Shown here: piece by piece, positions 1 through 12,918 of the stretch
Numbering within the stretch: the stretch's first letter is position 1
How the letters are laid out: the number at the start of each line of letters is the position of its first letter
Origin: Octopus sinensis
Taxonomy: Eukaryota
Assembly: GCF_006345805.1 (NCBI RefSeq)
Contig: NC_043011.1
Span: 57,300,464-57,364,463, forward strand
Direction of reading: 5' to 3'
DNA: 64,000 nucleotides
Notes under the pieces: generated by a model
Seen by the model: only the letters and a program-made list of their open reading frames with translations
Told to the model about the DNA's origin: nothing
The model's database searches: none
Position numbers and translations under genes: made by a program

Positions 1-20
1 GTCAATGGTATTATATAAAT

Positions 21-112
<92 letters not shown>

Positions 113-140
113 GTATATTATATATATATTTTTTATATTT

Positions 141-342
141 TATTTGTTTCAGTCATTTAATTGCGCCCGAACGAGAGCACCACCTTTTAGTCGAACAAGT
201 CGACCCCAAAACGTATTCTTTGTAAGTCTAGTACATAGTTTACCCCCTTTTTTGCCGAACCGCTAAGTCACAGGGACGTGAACACGCCAACATCGGTTGT
301 CAAGTGATGGTGGGGGAACAAATACAGACACACAAATAAATA

Positions 343-381
<39 letters not shown>

Positions 382-571
382 TCTATATATATATATATAG
401 ATATATGCGACGGGCTTCTTCTTCTTTCAGTTTCCATCTACCAAATCCATTCAGAAGGATTTGGTCGGCCGGAGGTTATAGTAGAAGACACTTGCTGAAG
501 GTGACGCGCAGTTGGACTGAACCTGGAACCATGTGGTTGAGAAGCAAGTTTCTTACCACACGACCACTCCT
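141..571 (-). mobile_element. SINE family A (tRNA-like head + CORE-like segment + internal microsatellite + 3' module)
   Basis: Reverse complement of the GGAGTGGCTGTGTGG...AAACAAGTAAAAGA element present ~10 times in the window; internal (TA)n. Confidence 0.85.
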
Positions 572-699
572 GTATACTCGCGCGCGCGCACACACATAAA
601 CACATGCATTTCTGTACACAATTATATATGTACGTATTTATACGTAGCTATAGATATATTTATGTTTAAATGACTACATGCGAAATTACAGACACAATC

Positions 700-1205
700 A
701 TGTTTTAACATACATACATACATACACACATACATACATACATACATACATACATACATACATACATACATACACACACACTCACACACACACATATCCA
801 CACACATAAACATATACAGACAAACACAATACTTGTATATCTACAGATATATACACATAAATATATGTGGACCTATATGCATACATTCTTACATGCTTGC
901 TTATACATACATACATACATACATACATACATACATACATACATACATACACACACATACATACATACATACATACATACATACATACGTGCATACATAC
1001 ATACGTGCATACATACATACGTGCATACATACATACGTGCATACATACATACATACATACATACATACATACGTGCATACATACATACATACATACATAC
1101 ATACATACATACATACATACATACATACGTGCATACATACATATGTGCATACATACATATGTGCATACATACATACATACATACATACATATGTGCATAC
1201 ATACA

Positions 1206-1236
<31 letters not shown>

Positions 1237-1372
1237 GTGCATACATACATATGTGCATACATACATACATACATACATACATATGTGCATACATACATAC
1301 ATACGTGCATACATACATACATACGTGCATACATACATATGTGCATACATACTTGCCACTTCATCAGTAATG
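700..1372 (+). repeat. Complex (CATA)n microsatellite with CGTG/TGTG interruptions
   Basis: Directly visible tandem array; source of the HTYI/MYVC ORFs. Confidence 0.95.
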
Positions 1373-1524
1373 TCAAAATTTATAAAAAGCACACATAAAT
1401 CTAATGAGCTAATCAAATTTTTCTTTATTGTAGTTACTAGTTGGTTTACAAGCTGGAAATTCTCAGCAACACTCGCATGTTCAGTTATACGCTGTAAGGT
1501 ACTGATTTAATACACACACACACA

Positions 1525-1555
<31 letters not shown>

Positions 1556-1884
1556 TTATATACGTGTATATATATATATGTATTTATATAAAACATACAC
1601 ATATGCATACATATATGCTTATGTACGCATAGACATAAATACTTACATACACACATAAATATATATGTACATAATACATACATACATACATGGAGATATA
1701 TTTGTGCGATATATGAGCACACACGTACATATATGTATGTGTGTATATATCTATTTATATGAGCTTGTATATATATATATATACACACACATATACATTT
1801 GTATATATACATATGTTAATATATATGTATATATCTATGTATATTACATGTACATATATATGCATGTAAGCGCGTGTGTGTGTA

Positions 1885-1940
<56 letters not shown>

Positions 1941-1978
1941 GCAAGCATAGATACAGGCATATGTATGTACCTGTGGCT

Positions 1979-2017
<39 letters not shown>

Positions 2018-2207
2018 AGTATATATCCCAATAAATGGAATAAGGCAACAACAGCCAACAAACAGATCACTCAAGGAAAGATAACGAAAATAAAAGAAAC
2101 GAAAAATACGATGTAAAAATGTCGTCACAAGTGAAACGAACATATCTAGTTTTAGGCTGTAGTTACAGCTTCAACTGAAATATACATGTTAGGATAGACG
2201 AAATGAG

Positions 2208-2257
<50 letters not shown>

Positions 2258-2294
2258 TTACACGTATATGTGTATATGTTTGTAGGTATATAGG

Positions 2295-2332
<38 letters not shown>

Positions 2333-2433
2333 ATATATACTTATGTACCTATGCATACGTACACATATATTTGTATGTTATGTATATATATAATATATGT
2401 ATATGAATATGTATATATATGTGTGTATATATA

Positions 2434-2479
<46 letters not shown>

Positions 2480-2573
2480 AATATGATAATAAACACAAAT
2501 TTACATATGTATATGTATGCATATGCATATTTGAATATATACTTATATATGCACACACCACACACACATACAC

Positions 2574-2632
<59 letters not shown>

Positions 2633-3373
2633 TGCGTTTATGTTATTCCCGCAGCCGCTGCTTTTCCTGTTTCTTTTTTTGTGGTTTTCGAAAAACAAAT
2701 GGCGCCATCTTGTTGAGATCAAATTAGCCGTAATGACGTTGTAAAGCTCCTCTGCATTCGTCAGGTTTATTATGTTTTCTTAACAACGTTTAACAAATGT
2801 TAAAAGTGTAACTTAAACTAGATTGTTTTCAGCAGATTATAATGCATTCCATATTATAATTTAGTTAAATTAAAATAGAAAAAAAAAAAAAGATTTAAAA
2901 ACGAAGTATAAATTTTCCCCAGTATTTTTCTGTTTTCGATTTACTCGCTGAATTTTCTTTTGTGTTCGACAAGTTTTACTATACAGCTAATCAAACTAAT
3001 TAAATATAAACAACAACAACTACTACTACTACTGCTATTGCTACTGCTGCTGTTGCTGCTGCTGCATTGTTTTCAGAAACAGCGATGTATAAATCAAAAT
3101 GTATGTTAGGTAATATTTGAAAGCAAACTCCATGTAGGGAATGTTGCTATTATATATATATATATATAATATATATATAAATTATATATATTTATATATA
3201 TCTCGCTCAGAGATTTATTATTGTGTGTATGTATGTATATAAATATATATATATATTTATATATCTCGCTCAGAGATTTATTATTGTGTGTATGTATGTA
3301 TATAAATATATATATATATATTCATATATATCTCGCTCAGAGATTATTATTGTGGGTAGTATGTATATATATA

Positions 3374-3414
<41 letters not shown>

Positions 3415-3769
3415 TATATATATGTATATGTAAATATAGTAATAACAGATGTATTGATGTATACATAGAACCACAAACACAATCATTGACTCACTATTCC
3501 TCTTTCTCTCTCTTTCTGTCTCTCTCTTCTTTCACAAATGTTTATATATATATATATATTATATATATATATATATATCTTACGTCATCTACTGGCGTGT
3601 CACAAAGGATTGCAATTTTATACTTCTTTCTGTCACATTTCTGTCAAATAACATCGATCGATCGATTCCTACCAGTGCCTTCCTTTCTATTCGATGACTA
3701 GTTACGAATAAACGTTTTCCTAAAACCAGAATATTCAAAATGACATTGTGAACGAAAAACTTCCAGAAA

Positions 3770-4130
3770 CTCACGGTGACCAGTGAATCAACGAATGAAA
3801 GGATTCACCAGTTAACCCAGCGATTTAATTATTATATGCACATAGTACTCTTTATTGACTGTCTGGTCAGAGGGAACCTGGTGGATGTATATGATGCGCT
3901 TGCTGTCGATAAATGGTATCATCAGGAGCCTCCCGGTGGACTGGCTTTACCTGGCCTTTTGTGCCACCGAAAAATAGATGCTCAGCTCATACAAGTTAAC
4001 CCATAATTAGCCTGGAGCACTTTAACAGAACTCTGTGGCACATCGTGCAATCAAATGGCTTTCGCATCCCGACTGCATCAGGAAACAAATCAGCTGTGAC
4101 AAATAGTGATTAGTAGGGTGTCTACAAAGT
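3770..4130 (-). pseudogene. Internally deleted mariner transposase relic
   Basis: Minus strand reads ANYGLTCMS*ASIFRWHKR (N-terminal HTH, cf. YG..CMS...VFEWHKRF) joined within ~40 nt to FIDSKRIIYIHQVPSDQTVNKEYY (cf. FFD..GI......P.GQTVN.EYY). Confidence 0.7.
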
Positions 4131-4192
4131 GCTGCTGTAGCAGTTTCCTTCAATCTCAAATATCAAAAGTTGGCAGGTCAAAAAGACTGGCC

Positions 4193-4473
4193 CTCCGTCC
4201 GTTACGACGACGAGTGCTGTAGTTGATCCGATCAACGGAACAGCCTGCTTGCAAAATTAACATGCAAGTGGTTGAGCACTCCACACACACGCGTACCCTT
4301 AACGTAGTTCGCAGGAAGACTCAGCGTGACACAAGGCTGGCCCTTTGAAATACAGGTATTTCTCATTTTTGCCAACTGAATGGACTGGAGCAACATGAAG
4401 TAAAGTGTCTTGCTTAAGGACACAATGCGGCACTGGGAATCGAACTCACTACCTTACACTAAGCCACATGCCT
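4193..4473 (-). mobile_element. SINE family B (CORE-like GTGTCCTTRAGCAAGACACTT, tail type 1)
   Basis: Reverse-complement match to the 48558-48871 copy, with a deletion in the head. Confidence 0.8.
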
Positions 4474-4599
4474 TCACGGGTCAGCTTATTAGATGTATAG
4501 TGATAATATACTAAAATTAGAATAACCTAGGACAGTTATAATTATGCCGCGTTAGAAAAGTCTCAAAACTTCTGGAATGACTGTAATGTAATTGTATTA

Positions 4600-4750
4600 G
4601 AGTGGCTGTGTGGTAAGAAACTTGCTTACCAACCACATGGTTCCAGGTTCAGTCCTCTGCGTGGCACCTTGTGCAAGTGTCTTCTACTATAGCCTTGGGC
4701 CGACCAAAAATCCTTGTGAATGGTAGACGGAAACTGAAAGAAGCCCGTCG

Positions 4751-4837
<87 letters not shown>

Positions 4838-4842
4838 ATATC

Positions 4843-4925
<83 letters not shown>

Positions 4926-4926
4926 A

Positions 4927-4981
<55 letters not shown>

Positions 4982-5180
4982 TTGTGTGTCTGTGTTTGTT
5001 CCCCACCATCGCTTGACAACAGATGTTGGTGTGTTCACGTCTCCATAACTTAGCGGCTCGGCAAAGAGACCGATAGAATAAGTACTAGGCTTACAAAGAA
5101 CAAGTCCTGGGGTCGATTTATTCGACTAAAGGCGGCGCTACGGCATGGCCGCAGTCAAACGACTGAAACAAGTAAAAGAA
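4600..5180 (+). mobile_element. SINE family A with ~230-bp internal (TCTA)n
   Basis: Both conserved halves present; (TCTA)n at 4752-4981. Confidence 0.9.
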
Positions 5181-5404
5181 AAAAAGTGAAATTGTTATCA
5201 TTTATTGTAACTGTATCACGTCCTAAGTGCATTTTAGATTTCCAAAGGTTATAAAGTTACTCGTAATGTCCCTTAGCTTTTGTGATTATGACTAGAATAT
5301 GATGAGATAATTTCCTGTCTTAAATCAAAATAAGGCTTTTAAATCATTCATCAATGTTTTGTAATATATTTGGAATGAAAGACTCGTAATTTTGAGCCAT
5401 TTTT

Positions 5405-5682
<278 letters not shown>

Positions 5683-6099
5683 AAGTCGAAGGATAATTCT
5701 TTTTCGAATTTGAGCTTAAACGTGATAAAAGTTACTTTTAAATTATCTGGAAAAATTTGCATGTTTCGAAATGCCAAGATAGATTTACAAATAAAGTTTA
5801 GTGTTACACATTAAGAAATTCATCAAAGACATGTTCTCAATCATTCCTAATATCAACAGTTCATTCTCCTCCATAATGAAATAAAACACCTCGGTCAATC
5901 TTCTCGGTTATCTTCAATGCAATTACCGCAAATACATAGCAATTCCTCTACTCAAAAGTACTAAATGCGAGTTCAAACCACAATCAGCCAAAATTCTTCT
6001 CGTGTGCTGTAAACCAAGAATCAAAGTGCTGTTTAAAAACATAGTAGGCGTCACTCGAAAGAGATTTGACTACTATTTTTATTTCACACACACACGCAC

Positions 6100-6171
<72 letters not shown>

Positions 6172-6337
6172 ACACACGCGCACACACACACACACACGCA
6201 CACACACACACACACGCATTTATATTGTTGTATTTCAGGACGGTCTTCTTTTTTTTTCGTCAAATAAACACACGCACTGTATATTCGTCCTTCACTCGTT
6301 TATAACTGTTCTTATTCTAACTCATGTCCAGTGTCCT

Positions 6338-6377
6338 GAAATCTTTCGTCACACATCTGTGACCTCTTCAGCGACAT
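6338..6377 (-). ncRNA. Hammerhead-like core, left arm
   Basis: CUGAAGA-G-GUCAC-agaugu-GUGAC-GAAA on minus; stem I imperfect. Confidence 0.5.
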
Positions 6378-6683
6378 CTTCCGTCTTCGTGTGTGCTCTT
6401 GCTTCACTTATTTCATTCTATTCTTTTATGTTGTGTATCCTTATATACGCATGCGTTTGCGTCCGTGTTCGTGTGTGTGCGTACATGTGTGTGTGTGTGT
6501 GTGCGTGTATGTGTATGTGTCATTGTTCTTAGTTGCACTATGACCATCCCCTAAGAACAATGACACACACACATATACACGCACACACAGAAACACGGAT
6601 GCAAACGCATGCGTATATAAGGATACACAACATAGAAGAACAGAATGAAATAAGTGGAGCAAGAGCACACACGAAGACGGAAA

Positions 6684-6729
6684 ATGTCGCTGAAGAGGTC
6701 ACAGATGTGTGACGAAAGATTTCTGGACA
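6684..6729 (+). ncRNA. Hammerhead-like core, right arm
   Basis: CUGAAGA(6690-96)-G-GUCAC-agaugu-GUGAC-GAAA(6714-17)-GAUU-UC; stem I imperfect. Confidence 0.5.
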
Positions 6730-7717
6730 ATGGACATGAGCTACAATAAGAACGGTAATAAACGAGTGAAGAACGGAAAATGACCATCCCGAAATACAAC
6801 AATATCTGTTTCAACACACGATTTCACATCAGGAATCTAGCAACACAAATCCATAAACGTACACACACACACACACACACACACATGCACGCGCACGCAC
6901 ATACACACACATGTTCAAGCGTGTCCAACCCATGAGCCACCCATACTTTTCGTATGTGTAAGGAAGCAAGAACCAAACTCTCCAACGTACCTTTTTACGA
7001 AGGTAGAGTATGATTTAAAGGAGCTTTGGCAGCTATTTCTAGATGGTGGAGAGCCATATAAAGTTTCCTTGAGCATTTGATTGTCTTTAATAATGTTGTC
7101 ACACTTAGCAATAGAGAGAAGGAACTAGCGATGGGACTGGATTATGGAAGTCGTATCTAGTGGGAGATTTAATCTGTGGGTGGAAAATAGATTTGGAAGA
7201 AGAGCCAGATGATGAGCTTTGCAATTTTGTGGACAGGAACGGTACTTAAAGAGCCATCTGTATTGAAAAGGATTGAGAAATCTGTCTGAGTCTTTTTTTA
7301 TTATTTTATAAAAGAGGAGAATGAAATGTTGTTATTTGGAATTAGTTAAAGCATGCAAGCCGTGCTTTGCACAAATGCGTTTTAGAATTTGTTGATGTGT
7401 AACAAAACACTATATATGTAAATTTCTCTTGTCATGTCGAAACACGCAAATATTTCTTGATAATTTGAAGCTATTTTTATCAGGTTTAAGCTTAGTTTCG
7501 AAGAGAAATGAAAGAAAAAAAGTTGTTTGGATTTTTGGATGATGGATATCAACGTTAGAAGGATGACCGACAGATTACTCGGTTTTCAAAACTATTTTGA
7601 CAAGTTCATCCTATGTGTGTATGCATGTGTGTGTGTGTTGTGCATGCGTGTGTGTATGCGTGCGTGCGTGTGCGTATGTGCGTGTATGTAAGTGTGTGCG
7701 TGCGTGTAAGTAATATG

Positions 7718-7767
<50 letters not shown>

Positions 7768-8110
7768 AACATATGTACATATATAGTAACATAGCACGTT
7801 AACGCTGTTTGTAGGTGAGGTTAGGAAGGTACAGGCGGAAGATGGAGTAAAATAAATTGAATTAAAACAAAATAAAACAAAGTAAAAACCAAAAATAAAA
7901 ATGGTTGTATAGAAGGAGGTATGAAGGGGTTTAATTTTCGTGATAGATTTAGGGATATAAAAGTTTTAAAGGCTCATGGTTGCATGAGATTAGAGATATT
8001 AAAAGTTTTATGAATATAGACGTAAACAGGTAGATAAATACGTAAAGAACAGACATAGGACAAGTCGACAATATATATATTATATAGATATATATATATT
8101 ATATATATAT

Positions 8111-8141
<31 letters not shown>

Positions 8142-8199
8142 ATATATATGGTTAAATGTAATGGAAATCAAAAGAACAAAAAAAAGTTTACAGATAAAA

Positions 8200-8870
8200 T
8201 ATTAACTTAACACTTTGATAAATGAGAAAGTGTTTTAACGCTTTGGACGTTAGTCCTTCATCAGAAGAATAAATGAAACATAGAAAGAAGGGAAAAGAGA
8301 AATAGACAGTGGGGGTAAAGGAAAACGTTAGAAACTAGGTAGAAATGCGGTTGTATGGCAGGAGGTAAGACGAGGGGAAGGCCTGGTGTGTAGATTATAA
8401 GAGTGCATCCGTGTCTGGAAGGGTAAGGAAAAGGGAGTAGTGTGTGTGTATGTGTCTGTTAGTGTGGTGTGTGTATGCGTATAGATGTGTGGAAATGTAG
8501 TAGCGTTACTTATTGAAAAGTTGGATGTGTGTGTTTGTGTGTGTGTAATAGTTTGGTGGTAGAGTGAAAATCTGTATTTGAAGAGGTGAGAGCGGGTATA
8601 AACATGAATGAATAAAATTCTTGGAGATGCACATGGGCTGGCAAGAGGATTCGAACTGGGAACTCCAACTTTGAATTCTTATTGGATTGCCACCAAGATT
8701 ATTTTGGATGTGCTTTTGACAACGTCCAACGAAGCAGAAATAGACCTATCAATCTCACCATCCATTGCACGACGATTTTCGTCTGTCTCCGATACATATT
8801 GTATTTTTAGACACAGCACAACCATAAAAGGTATTATCTTAAAACGAATACAGCAATAAATTTTCCTTTC
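8200..8870 (-). mobile_element. Decayed Penelope-like element 3' end (GIY-YIG relic + terminal repeat with degenerate hammerhead)
   Basis: Minus strand has IYCCI and a frameshifted YIGETGR-like segment (tgtatcggagacagacga), then a pyrimidine-rich UTR ending CTGATGA-A-GGAC-TAAC-GTCC-AAAG-CGTT at 8264-8237. Confidence 0.55.
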
Positions 8871-8884
8871 ACGATGTACTTAGA

Positions 8885-9420
8885 TTAAATGCAATACAAG
8901 AACTGACAAAATCCTCATTTTCAGAGTTGTATAACATCTTACTCTGAGCATCAAGACCAAGGTCCGTATATTGAACTGCTATGTCTACCGTGTGTTAATG
9001 TATGGGAGCGAGACCTGGTCTTTTATATCTGAAATGAAAAGTTGCTCGGAGGGCTGTGAAATGCGGTTCTTAAGGAGAATATTGAGGATATGAATAGACA
9101 GACAAGGTATCCAACGAAGAAGTGGTGACCTGGGCTGCGGTAATTAGGAAACTGCTTCGTGAGATAAGAGCCAAACAACTGAAATTCTTTGGTCATGTGT
9201 TGAGGAAGGAGGGACAGGAGAATTTCGCGATGACTGGAAAGGTTGAAGGGAAAAATGGCAGAGAAAAGGGAAAGATGATATGGATGTCAAGCTTGACGAA
9301 CTGGTCAGAGAAAAGAGGAAATAAACATCAAGAAGTGGAAAATAAAGAACAGAGAATTGTGACAGGACGTGGTCGGCTATGTCCTACATTCTGGACATGG
9401 CACCTAAAGAAAGACGATAC
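8885..9420 (+). pseudogene. Old RTE-clade LINE ORF C-terminal relic
   Basis: KTKVRILNCYVYRVLMYGSETWS...EMRFLRRILRI...QLKFFGHVLRKEG..N.AMTGKVEGK, with stops and frameshifts. Confidence 0.85.
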
Positions 9421-9990
9421 AAAAATGGCTATTTTAATTTTATTCTGCTCCTGTTGCATATTACGAATCTTTATTCAACCCGGTTGCTATTCGCAAAATC
9501 GCTAATGCATTGTGAGTGTATTTGGTAGATGGAAACCGTGTGGAAGTATGTGTATATATATATTTGTATCCTACCATTTTACCGTGAAATGAATTGTAAT
9601 ATAGTAGTATTCGCCCGAAGAAAGCTTAGAAATATGAGTAGCAATCGAGAATTGGCCAGCACTGGTGATGAAACTGTTAGATCCCGTGATTTCTGCGTGT
9701 TTGTGCTCTCAGCGCATGCTGGCCAAAACTCGCTTCCACAGATATAACCAGGTACTAGTCCTGCAAATAACTGGCGAGCTGGAGCAAAGGTAGATATTAG
9801 CGACGGAAGTAGTGTAAGTAGTGAATAGCAATCACGTGAGATAGAAGTTCTAGTGACCGATAAAATAAGTAGTACCAGGTTTTAAAAACAAAAGTCCTGG
9901 AGTCGATTCGTTCGACTAAAATCTTTCATGGCGGTGCCCCAGCACGGCCACGGCCATCGCTCATTTATGTATATAAATATAATATGAACA

Positions 9991-10367
9991 GGAGTGGCTG
10001 TGTGGTGAGTAGCTTGCTAACCAACCACATGGTTCCGGGTTCAGTCCCACTGCGTGGCACCTTGGGCAAGTGTCTTCTACTATAGCCTCGGGCTGACCAA
10101 AGCCTTGTGAGTGGATTTGGTAGACGGAAACTGAAAGAAGCCTGTCGTATATATATATATATATATGTGTGTGTGTATGTGTGTCTGTGTTTGACCTAGC
10201 ATTGCTTGACAACCGATGCTGGTGTGTTTACGTCCCCGTCACTTAGCGGTGCGGCAATAGAGACCAATAGAATAAGTACTGGGTTTACAAAGAATAAGTC
10301 CCGGGGTCGATTTGCATGGCCGCAGTCAAATGACTGAAACAAGTAAAAGAGTAAAAGGGTAAAAGAG
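9991..10367 (+). mobile_element. SINE family A
   Basis: Full-length copy, internal (TA)n(TG)n. Confidence 0.9.
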
Positions 10368-10386
10368 TATATATGTACATATTTGT

Positions 10387-10442
10387 ATGGAGGCGCAATG
10401 GCTCAGTGGTTAGGGCAGATATATATATCTTGGACTCGCGGT

Positions 10443-10445
<3 letters not shown>
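10387..10445 (+). mobile_element. SINE family C head fragment interrupted by (AT)n
   Basis: GGAGGCGCAATGGCTCAGTGGTTAGGGCAG[atatatatatctt]GGACTCGCGGTC. Confidence 0.7.
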
Positions 10446-10495
<50 letters not shown>

Positions 10496-12036
10496 CTATG
10501 CACACACGCCATATATTTATATATATAAATGTGTTTGTGTGTGTAGGTATATGTATACACACACACACGCATACACACACACACACACATATATATATAT
10601 ACATATATATATATAATGATACACTATTAGGTATGCATTTCCTAACAGTTGATGTCTGTAAGGATCTCTTCTTTTCGCAATCAACGATTGAAATTTCTTG
10701 ATATTTCCATTTGGTTATTCCTACATTGTTCCCTTGCTCTGGGAGACTATGATGTACATCCAGATACATCATTCTCAACATTTTCTCTCATTTTCCCGCT
10801 CATTTCGTCGCACAGAGATTATATTTCACACAGAATTTCTAAAAATTCACTCATATTATCTTCATAAACGGTTTCTTTATTCCGCTTGTTCATTCTGCCA
10901 ACTGAAATTTCCTCTCCGATTCACTCTTTGCAATGGTCGGTAAAAGGATATTATGACACTACATTACATCCAGATACCACCATCATAAATCGTCTCAAAA
11001 GTTTTGTTTTTATTGTATTACGTGTAGAGATAGATATTCAGAGCCATTGCTAATAATCTTCATTTCTGTTCTCGTCTCAGGTAGGCGATAAATCACACAC
11101 AGATTAAGTTTCTTTAGCCATCACAGTCGCATCATAAATCTAAAGCTTTACCATACTGACTATCGTCTGCTTTATACAATTCTAGTATCACCTAATAAAC
11201 TGAGAACACACAAGTTGGGATACAAACGGATAATCTTATCAAACTAGCCTCGTTCCAAACGTCACTTCGTCTCTCCAGTTCTCTTTACTTTCTTTTTTTT
11301 TTTTTGCTTTTGTTCGTATGAAACGATATGTTAATATTCGATTTCAATGATGGCTTTACAAAGTTTCATGAGCAAAGCATATCGTAATTCTTTCATTTGC
11401 GTAGCCAGTCTTTTCATCTTTTCATTTATGGTGTCATTTGCACCGCAAGAACCACCCACCACCATTACCATCAACAGACACCTCTACTAGCATTACTGTC
11501 GCAATTACATTTCCCGGTACGGCGAGCTGAGATACAGACTAAACGAGGTAACTGCTAGTATGACTTGTGCTGCTGATTGAGACACGGTTGAATATAAATT
11601 AGTATCATTTTCCGGAAATAATTGACCACCTAGTTATTAGTATAGAATTTCACAGGAAACAAAAAATCCCTCATTATTCATTAGATATATGAAAGAACTT
11701 TATATATCTAAGTCGGTTTAGTTTCTAACAAGAAAATATCAATATTTCTTTACTGAAATTGAATGCCAATATTTAAGAAGAAAGACGATACAAAAGGAAA
11801 TAGAAAATTGATCAAAATGATTTATCAACCGTTCATTCAAAAATCACTTTAATGTTAGGTTAGACATATCTTCCCTAAAGAAAAATATTAGAAATCAAAG
11901 ACGAATTTCGATAGATGGAAAATAGTCTGTTAGGTCTTCTGGGGAACCTTTCATGTTTATTTTATGTTACCTTTTTTAATAGACACCTTTTAGATGCATG
12001 CACGCGCGCGAGCGCGCAGACAGACGCACACACACA

Positions 12037-12037
<1 letters not shown>

Positions 12038-12120
<83 letters not shown>
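12038..12120 (+). repeat. (TATC)n microsatellite
   Basis: Direct observation. Confidence 0.95.
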
Positions 12121-12124
12121 GAGA

Positions 12125-12180
12125 TCTACCTTGTAACTTGTCCCATCTGTGTGCAGCCCTGTGTGGCCAATAAAGAAACT
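12125..12180 (+). mobile_element. ~55-bp 3'-terminal fragment of the Tx1-like LINE
   Basis: ...CCCTGTGTGGCCAATAAAGAAA matches the 3' ends at 12890-12918 and 12961-12985. Confidence 0.7.
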
Positions 12181-12184
12181 TATC

Positions 12185-12918
12185 TATCGAGAAGCGCTAC
12201 CCGTTCGGGATAAGCTCTACAGGCATGGCTTGAGAAACACGGGGCCAACCTGTGGGCTTATGTCGAACGACTGCTATGGCGTGTGGAACGAGTCGGTTTA
12301 TCAACAGAGTCTATCGTGAAAATTGCTCCGCCACCTTCCTTGAAACGAGAAGGAAGAGCCATTTTTATCGTATTTATGGCTATGGCGAAAGAATGTGTAT
12401 GGTGGACGCGTCTGAAAAGTGTAGAGACAAACACTTTCCTCTCTGGTCAATCTCTCATCAACTTCTTCAAGTATCACTTGAAGAGGAAGGTGAGACAAGA
12501 GAGGGAAGTTTTGTTTAGTGAATGTTTCAAAAGAAGATGGATAAATGTAGCGACGATGGCACGTGTGAATGACGAAGCCAGTTTAAGCTTAATCTTCCCC
12601 CCCGCCCCCCCAAAAAAACGAAAGGAAAAAAGAGAGCCACTTACTGTAAATGTGTTTTCTTTTTGTATGACACTATTGCCCAATGTTCCCGTGGTGATTT
12701 CTGTAGGTTTTTCTATCGACGACAAACCTAATCTGTTTTCCCTTTTTACATTGACATTTATGTGATACACGATCCCTATTGATCGTTCCCACGTTTTTTC
12801 CATGATCCCTTTTGATCGAAATCCGACCCATTTTTTCCCCTTCTCTTGTTCCCCAAAAAAAAGCTCTACATTGTATTTTTCCCCTTCTGTGTTTATCCCT
12901 GCATGGCCAATAAAAAAA
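12185..12918 (+). mobile_element. 5'-truncated Tx1/L1-clade LINE (ORF2 C-terminus + 3' UTR); CCHC segment deleted
   Basis: YREALPVRDKLYRHG...IVKIAPPPSLKREGRAIF...AKECVWWTRLK...FFKYHLKRKV; homologous to the minus copy but lacks ~65 nt encoding CPRC...HALVQC. Confidence 0.8.

Larger units (their letters stand above)
6222..6806. repeat. Long foldback inverted repeat (arms 6286-6532 and 6551-6777; outer 24-bp IR 6222-6245/6782-6805)
   Basis: Manual alignment: the right arm is the reverse complement of the left at ~90% identity; 18-nt spacer. Confidence 0.92.

Noticed and set aside
622-2716. Long ORFs of HTYI/MYVC/IYIY/HT repeats (and all similar ORFs window-wide, including poly-I 5429-5713, poly-N, LS/ER-rich 55320-56278 and poly-E/K 61287-61691)
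   Set aside because: Stop-free readings of microsatellites; no coding evidence.
10410-10960. 123-aa minus-strand ORF (MLRMMYLDV...)
   Set aside because: Half is microsatellite; the rest shows only faint RTE-like resemblance, too weak to call.
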